From Laetmonice hystrix (taxonomy: Eukaryota): a stretch of 64,000 nucleotides of DNA. This document shows positions 1-11,133 of the stretch, one piece after another. The notes beneath the pieces were generated by a model, which was not told the DNA's origin, did no database searches, and was given only the letters and a program-made list of their open reading frames with translations. How positions within the stretch are numbered: position 1 is the stretch's first letter; the number at the start of each line of letters is the position of its first letter. The stretch is taken from positions 52,888,001-52,952,000 of the forward strand of contig OZ249436.1 in NCBI GenBank assembly GCA_965235115.1, written 5' to 3'. The position numbers were made by a program, and so were the translations under genes.

Positions 1-1829
1 TATTGTCTGTGGTGTAGAGACCTTAACTACCGGCACAGGGAAGCTAATGGCGGTGGCAGGAATGAAGCTGACCTTTGGGTATGCTCTAACGGTATTTTTA
101 AAACCTTGCAAGGATTATGGCCGTATCACATTTTGTCTCTCCGTCTCCGTCTCCAAAATAAACCCATGAATGGTATTCAAACAAACATTGGCGACACCAC
201 CCTCATCAACTCTCTCACACCATGATCTCAAAGGTCGACCCTTCCATCAATAATTCTGTTATTGGATTAATCTGAAAATAAAACCTTCACATTATAGATC
301 AAGAAGACGATCCTGTCTCTGGAACAGAGTTTACAAACTTTAATCCTCGAGAGGCGTTTTAAGCTTGGGAATTTTGTACAAAGAAACTCAATGCTTAGAG
401 ACATACTTCCAAGCTAGGACTGAACCTGCTGTTGCCAATGAGCCTGCCTTAATTAATACAAGATATAGAATGAGTAAAGTACTTTGACCTTCATCCGGTG
501 GACATAAAGAAGCAATACGAAATATTTTTAGTGTACACTTTCATTTAGAAAGATGTTGTCAAAATCTCTCCCACTACACGGATTATATTTCTCACTTGGA
601 TGACAACATGATTCATTACTTTAGGATGTTGACGAATGTCAGCCCATCTATTGATGTTGTACGGAGGTTTCCCTACCCTGTCTCTGTAGGTGTGTGCCCG
701 GCCTGCTCCTTTTGTCTCCGAGGTCTTCTTCCTCCTCTCCTCCATTATTTAAGTAAATCTGCGCTCCGCCCGGAGGACCAACGATAAACAATGCACTAAT
801 CAACCCCATTAGAGGTTGTCAGGCATCCCAACCCCTCCCACCAGTGTCCCAGGAGACAAACCTTATATTTCCCTTCATTTTCAATTAACATTTCATTAAT
901 TACTGTAGTATTAATGCATGCCCCCGCTCCGCTATCTGGCCATTCGGCAGCCAGTAATTACCGACACACATAATGACCTGCTGAAGTCTCTGATCTTAAG
1001 GTCTCGGCGCACTAATTGCCACGTACATACAGATGTGTTTGTAAACTGACTGAAATATGACTGACAATAACCATCAATCTCTCATGCAAAGTTAGGGGAA
1101 CTATCCAGGATATCTGAGAAGCACCATGCAGACATATTTTTGTAAAAGAAGGCTGTGTATTTTTTTTAAATACGCGTGTTCCTTCATTTAAATTCAAGGC
1201 TGCCGAGAGTCAGCTAGGCCACAGGATGGGGCTATCTGCCTTTCTTACCTCTGAAACAGTTGCTTTAATGTCATTCTACTGAAAGCGCTTACTGCGATTT
1301 GAATTGTTATATTCCAGCGAATAAGGATGCACATGTTAGTTATTATCTATAAGTTACCCACACAACAGAGGAAATCGAGTTTACAATTCTAACAGGGCCT
1401 GTGTTTGTACTGCAACGATCATCAGCTTTTGACAACCAACTTCAAACAACTTTTTTTTTACACATTATGACAAGTACCCAGTCCCGCGATATTTGTTTTT
1501 ATTGAAATGTGTACATGTAATCAAGGATTGTACAATAATTACTGTTCAATCCTTGATTTAATAGAAGAACACACTTCAAGATCCAAACTTGTCAATTGCA
1601 CGGCCATATTAAATCGAAACACCAACATTTTAAGAGAATCTCATCAATACTGCGCACAGATCATGAAGCGATAGAGTTGTCTGATTTCCACCAAGATCTT
1701 GAACAGATACCACCTGAGGCCTTAGACATTGATAAAACTAGAATCCATACTGAACACTGCCGAATAATAACACTACAAGAGGCGACAAAAAGCCGTCCGT
1801 CATAGAATTGTAATAATTTTCTCCACACA

Positions 1830-2005
1830 TGATTATTCCTGATATTGATTCAAGAGGCGAAGGAACTAAAAAAACTTTCTCAAGATGACAGCCATCAGTT
1901 AAGTTCTAAAGGTTTTAGAACGAGCAAACAAAACAGAAAAGAGTCACGCAGGATCTCACGGAGGAGCAAAATACCTTGGCCACTTCTACTTATCCGCGGA
2001 AAGTT
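1830..2005 (+). pseudogene. Decayed Ty3/Gypsy reverse transcriptase fragment
   Basis: Translation gives KVLERANK...GAKYLGHFYLSAE, resembling the Gypsy RT C-terminal 'KVLERA...VKYLGH.LS.EG' motif. The upstream YxDD region is corrupted and frameshifted. Confidence 0.35.
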
Positions 2006-2269
2006 TATCTCCCCCCCCCCCAAAAAAAGGATACATGTACCATATCTATGAACAACCCTACGTGACCTTTCCTGTAGTATCCCCCCCCCCCCCAGTGTAT
2101 ATAAAATCACCGTTATGTATTAGTATGTAAACCGACTACAGTTGCGATACTGTGTTTATCCTTCTCCATTATCTTTGATCGTTTTAAATAAGAATTCAGT
2201 GCATGTTTGTAGACTGAATTTTTCTTTTGAAATGCACGGGCATCAGGGGTAACCCAATTACTTTAACAA

Positions 2270-2392
2270 TGTCCCTAAAGAGAAAAGTTGTATAGTCCTC
2301 TACAGGAATCGAACCCCGGCCCCAAGATTACTGCACCCATTCGCATAGCATAAGGTGTCGACATCCATGCCCACTAGGCCACCGCCACTCCC
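2270..2392 (-). mobile_element. tRNA-derived SINE head
   Basis: The minus strand has a Pol III A box TGGCCTAGTGG (2371-2381) and B box GGTTCGATTCC (2305-2315). No clean cloverleaf is visible, so a SINE is more likely than a tRNA. Confidence 0.6.
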
Positions 2393-3128
2393 CTAAAAAA
2401 GGAGCTTTGGTGGTCGAGCAGGACAATGGACCCTCCCCCCTACACACATCTTTTTTAAATGAGACGGAATCCATATTTTCCTAGTTAGAGCTACACATTT
2501 ACCTACCAATCCCTGGATCGCCTCATTCACGTCGTTTACACCCATTGTGTATTTTATAACGAGTGGACGTACAGAATAGAGCACCATAATCAATCATTGG
2601 TTGACGTCAGCTCAGTAAGCTATGTGCTCCCATCATCGAACCGAGCTATCATTCAGACCTCCATTCTTTCCTGTCAATTAGCGCTGATATCTAATACATA
2701 AAATAAACCCCCACACGTCCGCACTGCGGCAAACTTCGTCTATGTCAGTCTAATTAAGTGGCAACGTGTCACGGTTAAAATTCGCTATGCTTATTAAACC
2801 ACCAGGGCTGTCTGAAAAACAAACGATCGTTTCCGTTCGCAGACTCTGTTCTCCATCGTTCTTTGTGATCGCTTGATATATTTACAAATCCTCCCAGTCC
2901 TCATTCTGCCACCTGACAAACAATTTACATAATGCTCCATTCGGCGTGCCCTAAAAAGAAAGACGTCGCTGGAAAAAGATTTCCAACTGAACGTATACAG
3001 TACCATGTTTATGATGTAACAATGGGAACGCTGGTTCGTTCCCAAACCGGTTTATTTGAACGCTGAATCGTCCCGACGTCCCACGGACGAGGTCGGCATG
3101 TCGACAGGACATGTAAGTGTCCGGCCCT

Positions 3129-4395
3129 CCCCAACACAACCCCCTGTGTATGACGGGCCCGGACCTGCCACCCCCAACATGGATGTCATATTACCCCCCC
3201 CCACCCCAACACAACCCCCTGTGTATGACGGGCCCGGACCTGCCACCCCCAACATGGATGTCATGTTACCCCCCCCCCCCTCACCCCAACACAACCCCCT
3301 GTGTATGACGGGCCCGGACCTGCCACCCCCAACATGGATGCCATATTACCCTCCCCCTCACCCCAACACAACCCCCTGTGTATGACGGGCCCAGACCTGC
3401 CACCCCCAACATGGATGTCATATTACCCCCCCCCCCCCTCACCCCAACACAACCCCCTGTGTATGACGGGCCCGGACCTGACACCCCCAACATGGATGTC
3501 ATTACCCTCACCCTCACCCCAACACAACCCCCTGTGTATGACGGGCCCGGACCTGCCACCCCCAACATGGATGTCATTACCCTCCCCCTCACCCCAACAC
3601 AACCCCCTGTGTATGACGGGCCCGGACCTGCCACCCCAGACATGGATGTCATATTACCCTCCCCCTCACCCCAACACAACCCCCTGTGTATGACGGGCCC
3701 GGACCTGCCACCCCAGACATGGATGTCATATTACCCTCCCCCCTCACCCCAACACAACCCCCTGTGTATGACGGGCCCGGACCTGCCACCCCAGACATGG
3801 ATGTCATATTACCCTCCCCCTCACCCCAACACAACCCCCTGTGTATGACGGGCCCGGACCTGCCACCCCAGACATGGATGTCATATTACCCTCCCCCTCA
3901 CCCCAACACAACCCGCTGTGTATGACGGGCCCTGACCTGCCACCCCCAACATGGATGTCATATAACCCCCGCCCCCCCTCACCCCAACACAACCCCCTGT
4001 GTATGACGGGCCCGGACCTGCCACCCCCAACATGGATGTCATATTCCCCCCCCCCCCCCCTCACCTCAATACAACCCCCAGTGTATGACGGGCCCGGACC
4101 TGCCACCCCCAACATGGATGTCATATAACCCCCGCCCCCCTCACTCCAACACAACCCCCTGTGTATGACGGGATCGGACCTGCCACCCCCAACATGGATG
4201 TCATATAACCCCCGCCCCCCCCCCCTCACCCCAACACAACCCCCTGTGTATGACGGGCCCGGACCTGCCACCCCCAACATGGATGTCATATTACCTCCCC
4301 CCCCCTCACCCCAACACAACCTCCTGTGTATGACGGGCCCGGACCTGCCACCCCCAACATGGATGTCATATTACCCCCGCCCCTCCACCCCAACC
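3129..4395. repeat. Minisatellite, ~75-85 bp unit, ~16 copies
   Basis: Unit CCCCAACACAACCCCCTGTGTATGACGGGCCCGGACCTGCCACCCCCAACATGGATGTCATATTA(C-rich). Length varies in the poly-C tract. Confidence 0.97.
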
Positions 4396-4482
4396 CGAGT
4401 TGGTAACGCAGCTGTATGTTGTTGGCCGGTGTTCAGTCACATTGGGAGTTTTTGTCGACACTGACTGTTACTAACAATCCCC

Positions 4483-5140
4483 CCGCCCATAGACACACAC
4501 TGCCCATAGACACACACCGCCCATAGACACACACTGCCCATAGACACACACTGCCCATAGACACACACCGCCCATAGACACACACCGCCCATAGACACAC
4601 ACTGCCCATAGACACACACTGCCCATAGACACACACTGCCCATAGACAAACACTGCCCATAGACACACACCGCCCATAGACACACACCGCCCATAGACAC
4701 ACACCGCCCATAGACACACACTGCCCATAGACACACACTGCCCATAGACACACACCGCCCATAGACACACACTGCCCATAGACACACACCACCCATAGAC
4801 ACACACTGCCCATAGACACACACCGCCCATAGACACACACTGCCCATAGACACACACCACCCATAGACACACACTGCCCATAGACACACACCGCCCATAG
4901 ACACACACCGCCCATAGACACACACTGCCCATAGACACACACTGCCCATAGACACACACTGCCCATAGACACACACTGCCCATAGACACACACTGCCCAT
5001 AGACACACACCGCCCATAGACACACACCGCCCATAGACACACACTGCCCATAGACACACACTGCCCATAGACACACACTGCCCATAGACAAACACTGCCC
5101 ATAGACACACACCGCCCATAGACACACACTGCCCATAGAC
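4483..5140. repeat. Minisatellite, 17 bp unit, ~38 copies (left part of a split array)
   Basis: (GCCCATAGACACACACY)n; the same array resumes in phase at 6609. Confidence 0.97.
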
Positions 5141-6608
5141 CAGGGATGAAAGTGGCCAGCTGTAAAATTTCCTGAAATTCTGACGGGGGGGGGGGGGAGC
5201 GGCGGGGGCCAATGTCCATAATTAATATTTGTTCATGCGCACATCCAAGACTTACCCCCCCCCCCTTAAAAAAAGTCAGGCTAGGAACAGCAGACAAATC
5301 ATGATCCGATAAGACCTCCTAGCTATTATATATTATAGGGCCTAGCCCTCAGTATTTAGTCGCCACCCCCACCCCCCCAACCCCCCCCCCCCCCAACCCC
5401 CCACCCCTGCAAATTTGATGGATAGACTCCATCACTCATCAGTCCATGCCCCTGTTCAAGGCTGTTGCTTGCCTGTCACTTAGTCACGTCAACCTCTGCC
5501 TGGCTCTGCCGTCTCTCTACTCTAGTGACTAGTCTCTCCAACATTGGAATCCAGTCGGCTTTTAGCGTCCAAAATGCATACGATTACGTTGTCAAACAGC
5601 TTCCATGTGTTAGACTGACCACACAGGCTGTCCATCAGTCTTGACCCTCAGCAGTCACGACCCTCAGCGGCTCTCAGCCAAGCAACACAGTCGCTGAGTC
5701 GAGTGGTTCAGCCCTGCCACTCATGTTGTGAATATTATTGTCACTTCCGGTCTTATCAGGACACCTGCACTGATCGACAAATGTAATGAAAAGTCCTGAC
5801 AACCCCAAAACTTCAGTGAAAACTACTTACGTAATGCCATTATCCTCAAATTTATATGCAAGAAAACATTATGAGAACTTACTGACATATATACTAGGCA
5901 GATTCATAGAACTAAATTGACCCAGTTTCCTGTGAGGAGTGACATTGTGATGGTGCGTAGTTCGTCAGCCTAATCACTATCACCAATGCCGGGACTAGAC
6001 AGACCGGTCTGTCTATACTATAGTCTCGTTCACTAATTGAGCGCTCAGGCAAAACTCGCGCATGGATATGGCATAATGGCAAGCCTGAATCAACGGGCTT
6101 CGCAGCTGCCTGACCATCAGTTTTGCCTGAAGTCATTACCTGAGGTGAGTCGCTCTCACCACAGCGACACGGGGCGGTGCCTGCCAGACGGGACAGACGC
6201 CACCGCGTGCCGGTAGAAGTCAGCCCACGCGGGCCGGTCTATGTGAGCGATGTGACCACAGCTACACCAGCACCCCCGGCAGACCGGCCTATGCACGGCG
6301 GCACCCGTGACACTGGACGGGTTTGAGACACTCTAATATCCCCATCTATAAACGAACTTTGGCAGGTAGAGATATATTGAGCTGCATGGTGTTAAAAAAC
6401 GTCCTGGAAGGGGATATTGTTTCATTTGATATTAACAAATAAAATTGCCCACCACACAGTCCAGGGCAATACTTAGCCTTGGCTTAGGCCTACCTCTTTT
6501 GCCTATAGATCTAGGCCTATTTCCTTTTTTCGGTGTTATTTCTTGGGGGGGGGGGGATTTTTTCAAATTTCCTGATTTCAGGAAATTTCCTGAAAACTTT
6601 CATCCCTG
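5141..6608. mobile_element. Non-autonomous hAT-like DNA transposon (1468 bp) inserted in the 17-bp minisatellite
   Basis: Perfect 13-bp TIR CAGGGATGAAAGT / ACTTTCATCCCTG and a shared subterminal AAATTTCCTGAAA motif. Flanked by duplicated ATAGAC (5135-5140, 6609-6614). No transposase ORF. Confidence 0.85.
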
Positions 6609-6792
6609 ATAGACACACACCGCCCATAGACACACACTGCCCATAGACACACACTGCCCATAGACACACACCGCCCATAGACACACACTGCCCATAGACA
6701 CACACCACCCATAGACACACACTGCCCATAGACACACACCGCCCATAGACACACACCGCCCATAGACACACACCGCCCATAGACACACACTG
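6609..6792. repeat. Minisatellite, 17 bp unit, ~11 copies (right part of the split array)
   Basis: Same unit as 4483-5140. Confidence 0.97.
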
Positions 6793-7920
6793 CAACCAGT
6801 GGTGAATTGTACCGCTCGGTTCTCTCCAAGCTAAACTCGCCGCCATTTATTACATGCAGTTATCGGATTACAATAATTGTTCTCATTTCTCCCGTCTCTC
6901 CCTGCCATCTGTTTCCACCGTACCAAAATTCACTAACACTCCCCATCCAAACGTTTTCCATTACAGCACCACATTGTTAGTGTCCCTTTTTTCAGGCCAT
7001 GTTATTGCAATCGCTACAGCATTGCACCAAGCCACAACTGCCTAATGCAAACTATTAATTGCCTTCCCTTAATGCTTTGACAAATTAAACTAATGACGAA
7101 TGGCAGTATTAGCAGATGCTGCAGCATTGCCCCATGAATGCCGATACCCGCTCGAGTCTGTTGGTATGCTGGAGGTCCACAGCTGTGAAGTAACAAGCAC
7201 CCGACATTCCTAATTGGTTTTGATGTAGAACTTCTTGTGGAAGTTGTAAGGATTCGAAGTATGATACCAGGAAACGGAAAAAGTTATCCCTTGGGAGAAT
7301 TCTAGCCATTCCCTCAAGTCGCTTCGATTAAACTATGCAATGAAGAAAGTTGAACCAGAAGATTGACTGGGCCATCAGCGTCCCTGCTACAGGCGGTACC
7401 ACCCTCAACCCGTGCGGGGTTCACACCTGCTACCACAGGGGTTGCTCGTTATTATTGGTCATTCGTCTGAGGTAGTCCTGGCACTGACAGCTCTCGTTAG
7501 GCTGCCACTTACCCTTACACCGTCACCCCCTCGACACTACCGACTATCAGTCCTATTGTTTCAGCCACCCTCACTTATACTGCTGCCATCCACCAAAGAG
7601 TTCTCAGTACACTTTCTAAATGTAATTTTCCCTCGTATTTGCTACCCGTGAGGCAGCCGAAGAAATGCCCTCATCCCTCCCTGAAGGCGAGATTCTTGCT
7701 GCCCAGGGCGTTAGAAGGTAGGGTGTGTGACCTGGGTCCATTTGCCGGACAAACAATACCTTTATATCACCAACGAAACAAAGAACGTGCCCTCCCGTCT
7801 TGATGTCGGGTCCAAGCCTTGATTAGCAAAGCTGGATGCTAGTGATGCGAAGTTTACCATGACGGAATTCATCCTCGTCTTGTAAGGACAACCATGTCCT
7901 CTGACAATTATACCCCTAGT

Positions 7921-8080
7921 CCTGGGCCCGGTTCGCGATACTAAGACATCTTGCTTAAGCTTAAGCTTAGCATTTCTGATTGGCTGATTGCCACACATTT
8001 AGGCTGCCTTGCTTAAACCGGTGACAACTAGCCAATCAATCAAAAAGCAAGATGTCTTAGTATCACAAACCGGGCCCAGG
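7921..8080. mobile_element. PIF/Harbinger-like MITE (~160 bp)
   Basis: Arms of ~36 bp: CCTGGGCCCGGTTCGCGATACTAAGACATCTTGCTT and AAGCAAGATGTCTTAGTATCACAAACCGGGCCCAGG (2 mismatches). GGGCCC termini are typical of Harbinger MITEs. Confidence 0.75.
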
Positions 8081-9007
8081 ACCCCCAGACAAAGCCTACC
8101 TCGAGTCTGTGTCGGTGGCGAGGATCCCTGTAAACCGTGGCAGAGTGAATGTCCCCTGTATATGTCTGTGACTAGGCTGACTGGTGGGGGGTGGCTCCTC
8201 TGGTACCTTCTTCCACATCGACCTCCTCCTCCTCCTCCCTGGTCCCGCTGTGGTTGTCAACTGTCCTCAATTCTTTACCAACTTTCACCTAACACTTCAC
8301 CACAAAGTTCCGCATTCCAATAATACCGTATCTTCCTAAGGTTTTCGCCTCTCTGCTGCGGACAAGGTGCGATTACATCTCGTAGGTCATGGTGGAGAAT
8401 AACTTTGCATCAATACATGGTGACAAAGCATTGTTTGCTGTGCCAGTTGGCATGAGCTGGACACACCAAGTGATCAATACGGTCTGTCATGTCGGACAGT
8501 GAGCCGCCGCCCAGCTTACAGCAATGTTCAACTCGACCTGACCTCCAGCTGAAATGACAACACCGATATGCAAATGTTCTGCTATCACATGCTGACTTGA
8601 ACAAAGCATGGCTTCAAGGTGTACTAGAGGCGAACTCATGAATTCAATGTACACTATCAATAGTGACAGCCTTCCTAACGTATACAGAAGGACGTGATCT
8701 CAGATATCTCCCAATAAAGAAGAATACGCCACTCGTAATGAAGGAATACGTACAGAAGTAACCAATACTGTGCCAACTTTACGCCTCATTGCCACCGTTA
8801 TTACCAGTGTCGAGTGTAGACCACCTGTCTACCACTGACTTCAACACCTTGTGCGTGTTCTCCCGGACTCCTGCTTCATCATCGGCCCTCCTATCCCCAC
8901 ACCCTACTGTTTACAAACACCCCTGCCCGTGTAAGTGTATACAGGGTGGTGTTGGCCAACCCCACCACACATCCAGGGTACACAACCCAGCACCCATCGG
9001 GCTAACA

Positions 9008-9025
9008 CCCGCCCCCTGGTGGCCA
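9008..9025 (-). promoter_or_regulatory. CTCF consensus motif
   Basis: The minus strand reads TGGCCACCAGGGGGCGGG, a near-perfect match to the bilaterian CTCF core CCACCAGGGGGCGC. Motif match only. Confidence 0.4.
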
Positions 9026-9685
9026 CATAGAGATCTAAATGTTGAGATCACTGTCTGACATAAGTACACGTATATCCCCAGGCCCGTCCTGACGGCCCAA
9101 CCTCTACTAAAACAACCTCATTCTAGCTTCTACGGGACCCAACCTCTAGCTACTAACATTAGCCCAAATAAACGGGTGTTTACAAACGTTCACGTTTTCC
9201 CTACTTCACGCCTCGCCCGAAAATATACTCAAGAAGCGTGGTGTTTTTGGCTAACTACTTTCCTCATCTAAGATTCTGTAACCGAGAGTAACCAAGGGTA
9301 ATCACTCTTGAAAGGAATCTAATCTGGCGGCACACCATCTTGCCTACAGCGAATACAACATGTACAAGAAAAACCGTGCCAACCAAGGTGCGGACAGACC
9401 CACTGAAACTTTAAAATCTAGCGCCAGGATGCCCCCCCCCCCTGCGTCCACCGCAGGCACCCCCCCCCCCCCTCGTCCAGTAGGCCGGATACCTATACAA
9501 TGGCCGTCCCCTCAATGTTATCTGGTGCCCACCACGTGCGGACCGTACCTTTAATCCGATCCCGACTCGACCTCGGCCCGCCATCCATCATAACGGCCGC
9601 GTGTCACCCTGTCAGATCCCTCCCTCCCCGTGACAAGTCCTGTCTGCAGCCAGCACAAACCCATCTCCCAGCTCCATGGCACGAC

Positions 9686-10032
9686 CCCAGCCAACACACC
9701 CACACACAATCCTGACAAACATACTCCCCCCAATCCCCAGCCAACACACACCCGCACGCAATCCTGACAAACATACTCCCCCCAATCCCCAGCCAACACA
9801 CACCCACACACAATCCTGACAAACATACTTCCCCCCAATCCCCAGCCAACACACCCACACACAATCCTGACAAACATACTTCCCCCAATCCCCAGCCAAC
9901 ACACCCACACACAATCCTGACAAAGATACTCCCCCCAATCCCCAGCCAACACACACCCGCACACAATCCTGACAAACATACTCCCCCCAATCCCCAGTCA
10001 ACACACCCACACACAATCCTGTCAAAGATACT
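9686..10032. repeat. Minisatellite, ~50-53 bp unit, ~6.5 copies
   Basis: Unit CCCCAGCCAACACACCCACACACAATCCTGACAAACATACTCCCCCCAAT. Confidence 0.95.
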
Positions 10033-10419
10033 CGATAAAGAAGTCTCTGTATGGATTCAATAGTATCACGCAGTCACGTTACAGAAACAGGTGTTACATT
10101 CGTTTTGGCGACAGCATGGCTGTTACCTCTCACAATGATGGGTGGAAAACTGTTGATAATAATAGTGACGGATAATATAAGTGTCTCGTTAGAGAGTATG
10201 TGAACATCATTTGATATCTGGGTAAGGGATCATTGTTAAACAAGTATAGAATCACCATTTGGTATTGCAGTACCAAATTGGTTAACGAGTATGGGGGCTT
10301 TAGGTCGTCAGGGACACTGACTATTTGAATGGTACCACATGGAATTGGTCTGTTAAAGCAATGCCCACCGATCTCCATGCCTTGACGGCCGTGGGGATTA
10401 GGCTTGTGCAGGGTGGGGT

Positions 10420-10490
10420 GGGTCGAGTCCAGTCGATGGACCCGCCTTTTATACAGCACCCTGCCCCCCCCCCTTCAGCCAATAGGACGT
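10420..10490 (-). promoter_or_regulatory. Candidate Pol II core promoter (CCAAT box, G-tract, TATA box)
   Basis: The minus strand reads ATTGG (10479-10483), a G-run, then TATAAAAG (10446-10453). Confidence 0.3.
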
Positions 10491-10564
10491 GTATCAGTTG
10501 AGAGGACAGCACTTAGCGCCGGGTAATGACGCTACTGACGGCCGTGTTTGGCACTTTAACACCT

Positions 10565-10692
10565 GTCACTGTGGGCAAGTGACGTGTCACTGCGGGCTAG
10601 TGATGTGTCACTGTGGGCTAGTGACGAGTCACTGTGGGGCATTAAAATTTCACTGTGTGGCACTGACGTGTCACTGTAGGTCACTGACGTAT
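10565..10692. repeat. Degenerate 21-bp tandem repeat, ~6 copies, internally palindromic
   Basis: Units like GTGTCACTGTGGGCTAGTGAC with GTCACT/AGTGAC arms; several TGACGT junctions. Confidence 0.8.
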
Positions 10693-10985
10693 CAGTATTG
10701 CCCAATCTCCCCCCCCCCCTCCCCCGACGTCGTGCCGGTCCTCAGCCAGACAGACAGACTCTAGAGAGAATTACGAGTTGACCTTACATTTACCCACCAT
10801 TATACTGGGGTGATGAGAGTGACAGGACAAATCTGGCACTGGACACTCTGTAAGCGGGGTTAACGTTACTGTCCTTGCTATCTGAGTCCTGCTCACATTC
10901 ACACAGACAGTTCAGTCTGAATTCACGTCCCCTTCATGAAGACAGTCTGCTCTGCGATGTCAGCTGCACACCGGTTAGCACTTAC

Positions 10986-11133
10986 CAGTGACGGCCCACA
11001 AGGAAAAGTCACATTTACCAACACGCTAAACAGGCTGAATCCCCACGAGGCCTGTTCATGAATGCTTGATCCATGATGTCTGTCGTCCTTCACTAGCCCA
11101 ATGATATCTCTGACAGCTATCTCTTTGTAACTG
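10986..11133 (-). CDS. Candidate internal exon (148 nt), product unknown
   Basis: Acceptor TCTTTTTCTCAG|CAG and donor CTG|GTAAGT. One open frame (SYKEIAVRDIIGLVKDDRHH...FPCGPSL) is phase-compatible with the exon ending at 20977. No recognisable domain. Confidence 0.25.

Noticed and set aside
2295..2392. tRNA gene
   Set aside because: A and B boxes are present, but I could not fold a valid acceptor and anticodon stem; treated as a SINE head.
3052..5297. Long Pro-rich and Cys/Val-rich ORFs (up to 286 aa)
   Set aside because: They are translations of 78-bp and 17-bp tandem repeats that are open in several frames at once.
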